Shown here in pieces: positions 29,099-39,579 of a stretch of 64,000 nt of DNA; position 1 is the stretch's first letter; the number at the start of each line of letters is the position of its first letter. Source of the DNA: a virus; the IMG/VR virus record IMGVR_UViG_3300045999_011735, positions 32,001 to 96,000 of that record; one strand, 5' to 3'. The notes beneath the pieces are model-generated. The model had not been told where the DNA came from, searched no databases, and saw only the letters and a list, made by a program, of their open reading frames with translations. A program made the position numbers and the translations under genes.

Positions 29099-29153
29099 AT
29101 ATTCTTTCCTGCTTTAATTGCATTAACAAAAAAACGCAACAGAAAAAAATTCA

Positions 29154-31403
29154 TTACTCGTCGTTTTTATTATCCAAAAATTCATCGGTACTCTCCGCCA
29201 CACGATATTTCATGTTCATATTATGTCTGAGTTCATCTTCTTCTAATATACGTTCCTTATTTGCTTCCCACCATTCCCTATAGCTTGGTGATGTTAACAT
29301 GCTTCGCTCATGTTGTTCATTATCCCATTGCTTTGCGTTTGGGTCCGTTTCATTGCTATAAACTGCCATATACTATGTTTAATTTATTCATCAATATCAT
29401 TTCCGTCCATATCAAAATCCTCATACGTTTCACATACCTCTCTCAATTCTTGCCCTAGTTCCGATTTGACATCTATTGTTCCTTCATTATCACTTGTGAT
29501 GAACCAAAAATCTACTATTTCATCCTCTTGACATTGCACATAAAAAACATCGTCTGGTCCTTCAATAGTCCAATGAATTGTTCTGTAAATTACCTTGTCG
29601 GTTACTTGATAATCCATAACTTTTATTTTAATTATTTAATACGTTAAATATAAGAAAAAAACTTGGTCACTCAAAATATCCATTTTGTTGATGCCATACT
29701 CCGTTTATTTGTATCTCAATTGTGTAATCGCCGTTGTATTTTCTATTTTCGGGATGTGTTAACCATACCTTAACACCTTGTTCCCAAATTTTTAATTCAT
29801 CCCCGTCCCACGCTTGCTCAATGGTTTCTAGTTGTTGCAAATCGCGTTTGCTGTAACTAATTGTATTCATAACTAATTTATTTAATTACCTTAAACATAC
29901 ACACAAAAAACTTGGTTTACAAATGATTACCCGTAAGCATATTTTGCTTAGTTGTAACCATTAGTGGTGTTTCCCTTGTTCCATACACCCAATGATATAA
30001 CAAATCATTTACCAATTCTGCATAAAATTCTGGATCTGCCTTGATATCTTCAAGCGTTGATTCAAATGCATTTTCAATTTGCTTTGACCTGTCTACATAG
30101 TTAATATCAAGGTAAGGATTGTACCTTTTGTCTGGTGCAAATAGTGGTGTTGTTGTCATAACCTATTTATTTAATTACCTTAAAATACTTCTTTACATCA
30201 TTATATTCCCACCAACCATCATTACATTCACCTTTCCACTCACCTTCAATACAAATAAAATCCCCATCTTCATCTTTTTCCCACACATCACCTACAACCA
30301 ACAAATGAGAAAAAGAACTCTGAAATTCCTTCTCATCTATCATTCCTATACCACTCAAATCCTCGGACACATAGTAAGCGTTTTTTACTACTTTGATTTT
30401 CATATGTTTTAATTTTATGAATTAAATATACAAACAAAAATTATGTTTCCAAGCGTATATACGTATGTTTGTATTGATGTGTTGTACTGCAAAAGCTCTG
30501 CTATTTTTTATTTAACAGAGCCGTAAACCATCAAGTTTTCAATAACACACATATACGACCCTTCTCTATTAAAACCATGTGCCTCGTACCATAACAACAA
30601 ATCTTCAATTGATTCACATTCGTTTATTTCATCTTTCATTCCGTTGATATACGGAACAGGGTCATTACCTTCATCGCTATGAAAATCGTTGAGCCATTCT
30701 GCTTCACTTTTGATAACGATTTGTTTCAAATCATTTAGTGTTATAGCCATAACCTTGATTTAATTACATATAAATTTGTTCTGCTATGTATTCGGCTAAG
30801 TCATCATCATAAATCAATTCGTCCTTGTCGTTAAACAATTCCCAATCGATGATTTTACCTCTATCATCTAGATACTCCTTGTATGTGTATCTGTTTTCTT
30901 CTACTATTACTTCGTAAATAGTAGTTGTTGTTGTTAGTTGTGATAGTATTTGCATAACCTTTTATTTAGTTAAATGTATAAACAAAAACTGCGTTACCCA
31001 ATTTTGAAATCGGTGTATTGTTCTGCTAGTTCGATTACTTCACCTTCATCTAGTACCATTACACCACCTTCGTCATATAACCCCCAAATGCCATTGTTTA
31101 CAAATATCCATTTGTCTTCATGTTGTTGAAATTCTGCTCCGTATTTTTTTAATGCTTTCAAAGCACCATTTAAAATCATATTCATAACTTTTATTTTATT
31201 GTAACGTTATAGTTTGTATCCATCATTTTAAAATGTACAACAAATTCCTTTGGACTAAAAATTAATTCCCAACCACTACACCAACCCCACTCTCCTTCAA
31301 CATACACTGATCCTTCTTCTGTTTTGATGAGTTTAACTGCATCACCTTGCATAGCAACAACATTTTCATTGTCTGCTATTCCTTTAATACATTCAAATTT
31401 CAT
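29154..31403 (-). CDS. Run of nine short acidic hypothetical early ORFs (29154-29369, 29384-29617, 29667-29870, 29917-30159, 30167-30403, 30508-30750, 30764-30955, 30994-31185, 31191-31403)
   Basis: Tightly packed 63-80 aa minus-strand ORFs; most start with (A/G)GTTATG and about every second one has the conserved promoter. Confidence 0.6.
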
Positions 31404-31453
31404 AACTTATTTATTTAGTTAAATGTAAAAATAAAAGCTAGGTTTTCCTAGCT

Positions 31454-31861
31454 TCATTCTGGATGTAATTCGTATAGATTTATTGTTTCCTTGGTATTTA
31501 TTTTGTAACACTCCCAATAATCACCATCAAACACATACAAATAATCTACATTGTCATCTTTAAGTAAATCATTAAAATATGCGGTTCGTTTACTTGTATC
31601 TGATTCACCTCTGTCTCGTCCATAGGCTAAACACCATTTTTCGTTGTGTGTAGTTCTATCGTTAAAATCTTGTTTTTCACCGATTTCTTCTGATAAAATA
31701 CTCAAACTACCTAAGTCAAGTAATTGCCTTACTTTGTTAATGTTTTGGTAGTGTTCAGCTAAAATTTTTCCGTTGTGCTGTGGATAACCATCATAGTGAC
31801 AATAAATGTAATCAATGGTTCCATCTGTGTTTCTAACACCAATGTGTGATCTTGTTGCCAT
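31454..31861 (-). CDS. Conserved phage protein (TRS.IG...YCHYDGYP family)
   Basis: MATRSHIG, YIYCHYDGYP, LGSLSIL, AYGRDRGE, DYLYVF. Confidence 0.7.
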   Translation of the reverse strand: MATRSHIGVRNTDGTIDYIYCHYDGYPQHNGKILAEHYQNINKVRQLLDLGSLSILSEEIGEKQDFNDRTTHNEKWCLAYGRDRGESDTSKRTAYFNDLLKDDNVDYLYVFDGDYWECYKINTKETINLYELHPE

Positions 31862-31877
31862 AACCTTTATTTTTTAG

Positions 31878-31975
31878 TAGTCAGGACAGGATTCGAACCT
31901 GTAAATCTTTTCCTTGTGTACTCTAACAATTAAGAGTGTATAAGGTTTTTACGTCTAACATTCCGCCACCTGACT
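31878..31975 (-). ncRNA. tRNA-like RNA lacking a canonical anticodon arm
   Basis: Acceptor AGTCAGG/CCTGACT+A, D arm GCG..CGT, T arm ACAGG-TTCGAAT-CCTGT; 48-nt atypical middle; own promoter at 31990-32015. Confidence 0.75.
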
Positions 31976-32021
31976 ATCTTTTATTTATTTAAATATACAA
32001 ACAAAAATTTGGTTTATCTAA

Positions 32022-32291
32022 TTAATTATCTTCTACATCACCCCAAGAATTGATATAAAACCTATATCCTGCTTCTTCAAGTGCTTTACTAATTTCTCTC
32101 GCAATGTGCCAACGTGGCTCTGTATCATGTACTTCAGGATGTTTTGCTTCTACCTTATCAAGACCCTCATTATAGATCTTTTCAATATCTTCTTTAGTTA
32201 ATCGAGTCTTACCCAAGATCTTTTTCTTGACTGACTTGACCATTGATTCGCAGGCTCGATCACCTGCTGGTGTAAACATTTCGTATGGCAT
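32022..32291 (-). CDS. Hypothetical early protein
   Basis: AAGGTTATG start, own promoter. Confidence 0.55.
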   Translation of the reverse strand: MPYEMFTPAGDRACESMVKSVKKKILGKTRLTKEDIEKIYNEGLDKVEAKHPEVHDTEPRWHIAREISKALEEAGYRFYINSWGDVEDN

Positions 32292-32321
32292 AACCTTTTT
32301 ATTTAATTAAAGATAAAAACT

Positions 32322-32798
32322 TTATTTGGTTTCTTCAAACTTAAACGCATTACGAATAGGACGTCTAAAACCATTATTCCTAATTTTAAAATTACCATTA
32401 TCATAAATAACCCCATCCTTAATAGTTAAAGCGTGTCCCCTTACTAATATAAAATAAGTACCTTTGTTGTGTTTCTGAGAAAATGTTCCTACTGTATATT
32501 GAACTTTCTTGTGGGTATAATCAGGGTTATACAAATCATTAGAAGAAATAGATATAAAATGTTTATTATTTATTTTTACCTCTGCATTTGAAAGGATTGA
32601 TAGTTTAATAGCAGTTAGTGATGTTCCCTCTCGATCAGGTCGTTTTAGATTTTCTTTAACCCATTTGTGTGCTGTTGGATAATCTGTGTCTGCGGCAATA
32701 GCCATTGCTCTAACAACACAATCATTGTTTTCCCATTCAAATCCTGTTTTATCTAAAACAGATGTTGAACTAATTACTTCTGGTTTGTTATTATTCAT
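32322..32798 (-). CDS. Papain/C39-like fold hypothetical protein
   Basis: NDCVVRAMAIA ... GHALTIKDGVIYD (Cys-His-Asp pattern). Confidence 0.5.
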   Translation of the reverse strand: MNNNKPEVISSTSVLDKTGFEWENNDCVVRAMAIAADTDYPTAHKWVKENLKRPDREGTSLTAIKLSILSNAEVKINNKHFISISSNDLYNPDYTHKKVQYTVGTFSQKHNKGTYFILVRGHALTIKDGVIYDNGNFKIRNNGFRRPIRNAFKFEETK

Positions 32799-32852
32799 AA
32801 CCTTTTTTATTTGTATAAATGTACAAACAAAAATTTAGTTTCTAAAAACTAA

Positions 32853-33089
32853 TCACTTCACAATTTCACTATATTTCTTCCAATTAACGGCTCCATATGA
32901 AGCATCTTCAATAGGCATAGCTAACATACATTCATTATCAAATTTACCTATTGCTATAAAACCAAACCCTTCACAAATAAGTGGTATGTAATAGTCATTT
33001 TCCAATAGTTCAAATTCCAAAAGTATATCAAAATCACCTTCAAACCCCATATCATGGAGTTCACAATACTGCTTACTAAAATCAGCCAT
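32853..33089 (-). CDS. Hypothetical protein
   Basis: MADFSKQYC...ICEGFG. Confidence 0.55.
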   Translation of the reverse strand: MADFSKQYCELHDMGFEGDFDILLEFELLENDYYIPLICEGFGFIAIGKFDNECMLAMPIEDASYGAVNWKKYSEIVK

Positions 33090-33100
33090 GTTATGTTATT

Positions 33101-33451
33101 TTATTCATTAACAAACTCTACAGTTGCAGAAATATAATACTGTCCTCCTTGTTTCCCTATAAACCCTGGAGAACAAGGGCAAGTACAACCACATTTTTGT
33201 CTCCAACCCCATTCTTCATTTTTTACTGCTTCATAAACATTAGGAAATTCTTCCTTTAGTTTTTCAATAACAACAGGGATTACTTCTGTTTTCCAAACCT
33301 TAGATGGGCGATCATGTCTGTTAAATAAATTGTCTAGGACAGTTTCATTTTCAGGCCAAATATAAAGTTTGTTTGATCCTTTATACGGTTCGTTTTTTCT
33401 GGTGTGGTACGGTTCGTACTCGGCTTTTAAGCCTTTAATTGTAAATTTCAT
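33101..33451 (-). CDS. Hypothetical protein with GCxCPCSPGF motif
   Basis: WRQKCGCTCPCSPGF; own promoter. Confidence 0.6.
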   Translation of the reverse strand: MKFTIKGLKAEYEPYHTRKNEPYKGSNKLYIWPENETVLDNLFNRHDRPSKVWKTEVIPVVIEKLKEEFPNVYEAVKNEEWGWRQKCGCTCPCSPGFIGKQGGQYYISATVEFVNE

Positions 33452-33489
33452 AACCTTTTATTTATATGAATGTAAGAACAAAAATTGGG

Positions 33490-33852
33490 TTAACAACAGT
33501 CACCCCAATCTTGTCTAATCCTAAAACCTAAAATTGTCGATAGTATTATATCTTCCTGTTCAAATAAAGCATTTCCAGGAGCATCATCATCAGCAATTGT
33601 TAGTATTTCAGATATACTAACAGCCTTATTTACTTTCTCGATTTGTTTTTCACTTATGTTTTCTGATGTTCGAATCATATCAGCAAACATTTCAACATCA
33701 GCTAAGCAATCATTATTGGCTGCGTTTTTAATTTCATTCATCATGTCTGTACAAAAATCATAACTTGATCTTTTAATTAGATCAATTACTTGCCTTTTAG
33801 CAACATTTAAATTATACTTTTTTTCAAGTACTTGGGGTTTTTTCTTTGCCAT
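33490..33852 (-). CDS. Hypothetical early protein
   Basis: AAGGTTATG start, own promoter. Confidence 0.55.
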   Translation of the reverse strand: MAKKKPQVLEKKYNLNVAKRQVIDLIKRSSYDFCTDMMNEIKNAANNDCLADVEMFADMIRTSENISEKQIEKVNKAVSISEILTIADDDAPGNALFEQEDIILSTILGFRIRQDWGDCC

Positions 33853-33898
33853 AACCTTTATTTTTATTTAGATAAATGTATGAAAGAAAATTTAGTTT

Positions 33899-34810
33899 CT
33901 AAATTACCACTTGTGTTTGTATAGCGCTGTTGTCTAATAATCCCTTACTAACAACATAATCATGGTCAAACTTTACTTTACCAAAATCTTCCCAAAACAC
34001 ATTCATGATGCGGTGGTCAACTGTAAATGGTCCTACTTCAAATTGATTTATTCCAATCATATGATAAATTGGTCCAAGTAAAAATTCATCATTAATTACT
34101 CTAGAACCTTCATATAATCCTATTTGCTTTGTTTCGTATAAATGAACAACCATTTCATTCCAAATAGTAAACAACTTCATCATTTGTTCTTCACTTTCAA
34201 ATATAAACAAACGAGCTGCGGCATCAGGAGTAAATACAATTTCATCTGTTGTTTCATAATTATACTTTTCCTTTAATATATTCCAAGTCAGTTCTAATTG
34301 TGGGCAATGATTTTTAGTTGTACCATAAATTGCTACTGCATTGTATAGTTTGTTTTTGTAACTAAACATATGATTGAATGTTTTGCCTAACACATCCATT
34401 TCAACCATTCGTTTAAAACTAAAACAAGAATCAACACACATCATAGCAACATTTGTAATACCTAAACGTTGTGCTTGAATTAAATTAAAACGATACACAG
34501 AAAAAGAAAACTTACTACCTGCACCTAAATTCTGTGTGATGTAGTTATAATGTTCTTCTGCTGTCATTCCTGTATAGAATTTTTCATATGGTTCTATCTC
34601 AGGATATTCACTATAAAAATCTTGTAGTTCATTAACTATTAAGTTTTTACGTGTGCATTGATTAAAGTATTCTTTGTTGTCTGTTAGAACAAGATAATAG
34701 ATGTTTTCATCATCTATACAATTATACTCTAGTTGGTACAAAGTTATTTCACGAAATGTTTCTCCACCACAAATGTAACCAATAGCTACTTTCTCATTTA
34801 ATTGACTCAT
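33899..34810 (-). CDS. Putative GT-A-like glycosyltransferase
   Basis: YLVLTD, CVDS (degenerate DxD), NDE...LG pattern; weak. Confidence 0.35.
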   Translation of the reverse strand: MSQLNEKVAIGYICGGETFREITLYQLEYNCIDDENIYYLVLTDNKEYFNQCTRKNLIVNELQDFYSEYPEIEPYEKFYTGMTAEEHYNYITQNLGAGSKFSFSVYRFNLIQAQRLGITNVAMMCVDSCFSFKRMVEMDVLGKTFNHMFSYKNKLYNAVAIYGTTKNHCPQLELTWNILKEKYNYETTDEIVFTPDAAARLFIFESEEQMMKLFTIWNEMVVHLYETKQIGLYEGSRVINDEFLLGPIYHMIGINQFEVGPFTVDHRIMNVFWEDFGKVKFDHDYVVSKGLLDNSAIQTQVVI

Positions 34811-35183
34811 TGCTATCTTCTTCGTTTAATCGTTTTAATTCGTCTTTACCTTCTTCGCTCAATCCATAAAGTATTTCTCCAGTATCACTTATACTTATCT
34901 CTAGTAATCCTTTATCACTTAAATCTTCTAACGCTTTGTCAACCATCATTTCTACTCCTAAACGATAAGCTTCATCCATTTCTTCATCACTCAACATAAA
35001 TGTTTCTTCTTTACCTATGATATAGTCTTGGTATTTTTCAACACACTTTTTCCTTATTTCAATACACCAGTATTCTACTATTAATGTATCTATTTCATTA
35101 GTATCTTTAATTTCAAGTAAGCCTTGAATTAAAATATCTGCGTAGTCATCCCCGCTTTGTATATTGTAACCATCTAAACTCAT
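34794..35183 (-). CDS. Acidic hypothetical protein with winged-helix-like C-terminus
   Basis: LEDLSDKGLLEISI...YGLSEEGK. Confidence 0.5.
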   Translation of the reverse strand: MSLDGYNIQSGDDYADILIQGLLEIKDTNEIDTLIVEYWCIEIRKKCVEKYQDYIIGKEETFMLSDEEMDEAYRLGVEMMVDKALEDLSDKGLLEISISDTGEILYGLSEEGKDELKRLNEEDSNESIK

Positions 35184-35302
35184 TGTAACTGTTTCTTATA
35201 CATATGTTAATTCAAATGTATATAATTAATTGTTGCAAATACATTTTCCGTATCAATAGGAATGTATGCTGTGTGTTCATTTACTCTAAACATATTGTAA
35301 GT

Positions 35303-36773
35303 TTATGATTCTGGATTTGGTTTCTCGTTTGGGGCTGGTTTGTTATTTCCAACACCTAATCCTTCATATTTGAGGAGAGCATTTGCAACGTATAATTGCA
35401 CTTTGTGAAGATATTTCATCTGCTCAATTTCACTAATCATTTTAAGACGATCTGATTCTTTAATTTTGCTTTCTTGAAGATAGTCAAGACATATCTTCTT
35501 TGCTTCGTCTAAAGTTTTTGCTTCGAAAACTTGTGTTGCAATTTGGTCGAGTGTTGATACTAGGGGTTTCATAACTTTTTAATTTAACCTCAATTTACAT
35601 TCTTAATTGGGTTTCTCCAAATCTACTCTTCATACTTACTATCTAAATCAACAATATGGTTACTCCACCACTGTCTAAACTTGTTTGATTTAGGTTTATC
35701 TTCTAAGATACCTGATATGTACATTATAGAAATTATTACTCCAATAGAAAGAGCAAATAATATAATAAGTAATTTTAATATAAACATAAATTGATTATTT
35801 TCTTTTTAGAAATAAATTAGCAATAAGTCCTATAACAACATATCCTATTTGTGTTACTAAATAACCCATATAGTATGTACTTGTATTACGTGGACCAATA
35901 ATGTGATAAATTCCTATTATGTAAATAAGAAAAAATAGTATTTGAAATAAAAGTAAAAACTTTACTCTACCTTCAAAGCGATAATCGTCTTTTGTATCCC
36001 AAAATAGTTTGACTATACCTGCAGTAGCAAAAACATAGAATAGGATAAATCCTAAACTTGATAACAATGATTTTAAATCTTTATAGTCCATAACCTTTTA
36101 TTTTGAATATACAACCTTTTTTATGGTTTCAAATCTTCTTTTTCTACTTCTATAGACATATCAGTATCATCAATTATACCTTTCTCGTGTAATTTTTTAG
36201 CCATAACAAAACTAGTTACAGTATGTACAAACTGGTTGCTTCTGAGTTGGATTAATTCTTTTTCTACTTTGTTTAGCTTATACATGCAAATAAGAAAACC
36301 AAAAGTACTAACAACGTTATATGCTGTTTGTAAGTCAAATTGTAGAGTCATTGTCATTGTTTTTTAGAAATGAAGGTTTTGTCCATTCTACTTGATCAAT
36401 AGTTGTATCTGGTTCTACTTCAATCCAAGCAGGAACAATATATTTCTTTTGGTCAGTTGGGCTAATAAAGAATGTGGGTGGCAAAACACCTTCGTACTTA
36501 TATTTTTTCATAACCATTTGTTTTGAATCAGTATTCATCATCATATTCCCCTTCATCATAGAAGTTATTCAAATCCTTCAATGATAAAATACCTTCACCC
36601 TCACTAATCAAATTGTAAATAATACCTTCATCTTCATTTTCCATAGAATAATCAATCAATGAATCTATGTCGTTTACTCCTAATTCTTCATATGCTTCAT
36701 CTAAGATATTTAACCACATATCATCATTACTCAATTGATCATGTAATTCTAATAGTTGATCATAAATGTTCAT
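35303..36773 (-). CDS. Five or more short hypothetical ORFs, some membrane (35303-35572, 35795-36091, 36121-36357, 36335-36559, 36528-36773)
   Basis: Packed minus-strand ORFs; 35795-36091 has three hydrophobic helices. Confidence 0.5.
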
Positions 36774-36809
36774 TGTTATCTTAATTTTAAATAAATATAC
36801 TAAACTAAT

Positions 36810-37262
36810 TTATTCCCCAAATACCCAACTACATTCTGCAAAAGCTTTATTTGTATTTTGTTTAGCAAAATCTTCGGCTTGAATTTCATAGGGGTTCTTC
36901 CAATAACCAAATTTTTCTGTATAGTAAAAATATAACTTCATATTTTGAGTATAATGACAATACTCATGTAATAATGAAGCTGTTAATGATTTTATTGTTT
37001 TGTTTCGTTTTAAATGTATTGTTATTAAATTATCTTCTTTAACCCAATCAGCCATATTATCATAATTCTTAGTATTGCGTCTTAAAACATAAACACCTGG
37101 TTTGCGTTTTGGTGCTTTATACCTGTATATTTTGAATTTGATTTTTTTATGATAAGGGGTATGATACTCCTTATGTAATAGGTTAAGTACTTCTTTAATA
37201 TAAGCCAATAATACTTTTCGAGATAAGTTTCGAGTACGAGTATATAGGGATATATTGCTCAT
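36810..37262 (-). CDS. Zinc metallopeptidase-like protein (HExxH)
   Basis: LLHEYCHYTQ...YWKNPYEIQAEDFA. Confidence 0.7.
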   Translation of the reverse strand: MSNISLYTRTRNLSRKVLLAYIKEVLNLLHKEYHTPYHKKIKFKIYRYKAPKRKPGVYVLRRNTKNYDNMADWVKEDNLITIHLKRNKTIKSLTASLLHEYCHYTQNMKLYFYYTEKFGYWKNPYEIQAEDFAKQNTNKAFAECSWVFGE

Positions 37263-37491
37263 AGAAGAGGGGGATTTCGTATCTAAATATACGACTGAAA
37301 TCTCACCCTTCCAAAAATGTAAAAGAACTTTTTAAATCGTTATGTTCTAGTTCTGTTCTGTTTTTAGCTCGTTATATTCCTCTTCATCATGTTGCTGTTT
37401 CAACCATTCTTCATAACGATAATCAGCATCAATTGTATCAGGCCATAAATCAGCATATCTATCTGTTATCAATTCTTTAATTTTACTCATA

Positions 37492-37716
37492 TTATTCTCC
37501 AATTGTAACGTCAAAACGAATGTGAGCTAATACTAATTTTTCTTTACCTAATTCAAAGACTTTGATTTGCTCAATCTCGTCTCCTTCCAGTTCCTCGATA
37601 TCAATATATTCTTGAATTGCTTCGATAACTTGCTCGCGAGTTCCTGTTGCAATAAATTCATTTTGATAATCATCAAAAGCGATGTAATTGGGTGGGAGTG
37701 TTTTTTTCTTTGACAT
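37492..37716 (-). CDS. Hypothetical early protein
   Basis: AAAGTTATG start, hairpin-embedded promoter. Confidence 0.55.
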   Translation of the reverse strand: MSKKKTLPPNYIAFDDYQNEFIATGTREQVIEAIQEYIDIEELEGDEIEQIKVFELGKEKLVLAHIRFDVTIGE

Positions 37717-37791
37717 AACTTTTATTTTTTGTTTACAATAAATTTAAAAATGGGAGCTTGGTTTCCCAAGCTCCCGGTAACAACACAACTA

Positions 37792-38583
37792 TTAACTGGC
37801 AAATCCTTCAGCCAACTGCCATAACTCACCATTGAATTGCATGTCAGCTGTAAAATTCTTAAGTGCTCTTACTTTACGTGTTTTCTTCCCATTATTGTAA
37901 CTAAGACCACCATTAACTAATTTTTCCTGAATACGATTAAATACTGTCCATAAATTGGATCCTTTATCTTGATCACGTTCAGCAGCTACTAGTTCTACTA
38001 GTTCAACTGATGTTTTCTTTCCTTTCCAACGCAGTGCAACTGCTTTAGTTGCAAATTCTTCTATTTGTGCTTCAGATAGTTCTGTACTTCTGAATGTATT
38101 AATTTTTTGAACCAATTTAGGTAATGTGTCAATCATATTGCGAACTTGCTCACGCAATGCCTCAAATGTATATCCCATGTGACGAATAGATACATTACTA
38201 AATTCAGAATCAGCAATTACAAGTCCATTTGAACAAACTAAACGATACAATCCAACTCTCAAATGAAATGCATTTTTTCCATCATGACTATTAGTCAATA
38301 GCAATTCAGGAAATACATCATCACCATCATTTCCTTTAATCATAATGTTTTGATTTTGGAAACGAATAATGTGTTTTTGGTAACCTTTACCCTTACGTGC
38401 TCTAACTTCTTGAGCACTCACTGGTGTCCAACCTAATTCAATCATGTCTTCAATTACTTGAGACGTTGGAATGTGAGTGTAGTTGTTTGATACATTAGGT
38501 GCTGATGCAAGTGTAAATGCACTTGAACACACATCTTGGATGTCTTGCAAACTCATTGGTTCGCGTTTGTTTGTAATTGTCAT
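37792..38583 (-). CDS. DUF932/DUF945 family protein
   Basis: YTHIPT, KHIIRF, LLLTNSHDG, GLYRLVCSNGL, LWTVFNRIQEKL. Confidence 0.85.
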   Translation of the reverse strand: MTITNKREPMSLQDIQDVCSSAFTLASAPNVSNNYTHIPTSQVIEDMIELGWTPVSAQEVRARKGKGYQKHIIRFQNQNIMIKGNDGDDVFPELLLTNSHDGKNAFHLRVGLYRLVCSNGLVIADSEFSNVSIRHMGYTFEALREQVRNMIDTLPKLVQKINTFRSTELSEAQIEEFATKAVALRWKGKKTSVELVELVAAERDQDKGSNLWTVFNRIQEKLVNGGLSYNNGKKTRKVRALKNFTADMQFNGELWQLAEGFAS

Positions 38584-38607
38584 AACCTTTTTATTTTAAA
38601 TGTACAA

Positions 38608-39306
38608 TTAAATAAACGGGTTTCCAAGTTTTTTCCATTCATAATACTTTTCTATTGATGTTGGTCCTTGATCTCCATCTATATTATCGTATCTATCTAA
38701 TAAATAATAATCATTCATCCCACATCCCGAATAACATTCATTTTCATCTATGAAATGTATATTTTCTTCTCCTATTCTTTTCTTTAAAGGTAAATATACT
38801 TGATCATGGAAGTGACCTTTGTTGGTTGGATTAGTGGGGTCTAGAAATGATTCTTTAAAGGTGCTTAACATATGTTTAGGAAACACATACAAATTATCAC
38901 AGGTAAAACCTCTTCCATCGTAAAAGTGGTTTTTTTCTCTAAATAAAAAGTTAAATTTGTTGTAGTCTATATTTAAAGAAGATAATGAATTAAAAAATAT
39001 AATATCAAATCTAGTAATTATCACTAAGTCCAAATCTTCATTTTCCATTACATTTACTAAATATATTAATTTATTTAATATACGAAATTCAGTATGTATA
39101 AAAGGAACAAGTTTAGTATCTACATATTTCTTAGGATTGTAAAAATCAAGCAGTTCTTGAGTTATATCTTCTGTTGATAAGTAGAGATTAACTTCATGAC
39201 CTGACCAACAGTTAATTACTTTATTTTTTATTTCATCTTTAGTTCGTCTCCAATCTCTATTTCTAAAACCAGATGATAATCCTACTAGTCCAATTCCTAT
39301 TTTCAT
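38608..39306 (-). CDS. Putative glycosyltransferase-like protein
   Basis: MKIGIGLVG..R, DLVIITRFDI, CDNLYVFP. Confidence 0.45.
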   Translation of the reverse strand: MKIGIGLVGLSSGFRNRDWRRTKDEIKNKVINCWSGHEVNLYLSTEDITQELLDFYNPKKYVDTKLVPFIHTEFRILNKLIYLVNVMENEDLDLVIITRFDIIFFNSLSSLNIDYNKFNFLFREKNHFYDGRGFTCDNLYVFPKHMLSTFKESFLDPTNPTNKGHFHDQVYLPLKKRIGEENIHFIDENECYSGCGMNDYYLLDRYDNIDGDQGPTSIEKYYEWKKLGNPFI

Positions 39307-39309
39307 CTA

Positions 39310-39507
39310 TTATTTGTTCTTATTTTCCCTAATTATCCTAAGTGCTTTATTTAAATATAAAATAGCATCCATATGTTCCTCTAAAGCATGTTGTAAATAA
39401 TCTTCTAAATCTAGATCAGTACGATCTAAATCTACACCATATTTTTCTTTACCTTTTGTTGCTCTGTACTCGAATTTTTCAATTATTTCTTTTACTATAC
39501 TATCCAT
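39310..39507 (-). CDS. Conserved small phage protein (G..KYG..LDR...HA.EE.MD)
   Basis: Motif resembling all-alpha NTP-PPase-related phage proteins. Confidence 0.55.
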   Translation of the reverse strand: MDSIVKEIIEKFEYRATKGKEKYGVDLDRTDLDLEDYLQHALEEHMDAILYLNKALRIIRENKNK

Positions 39508-39579
39508 AGGTTTAATTTATATAAAGGTAAGAAAAGGAGTTTGGTTATCCAAACTCCATTTTCTACTTGCATGGGTGGG

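Noticed and set aside
31925-31952. AACCTT in the tRNA-like insert pairing with the AAGGTT of early start sites
   Set aside because: Only 6 nt and partly sequestered in a stem; not distinguishable from chance.
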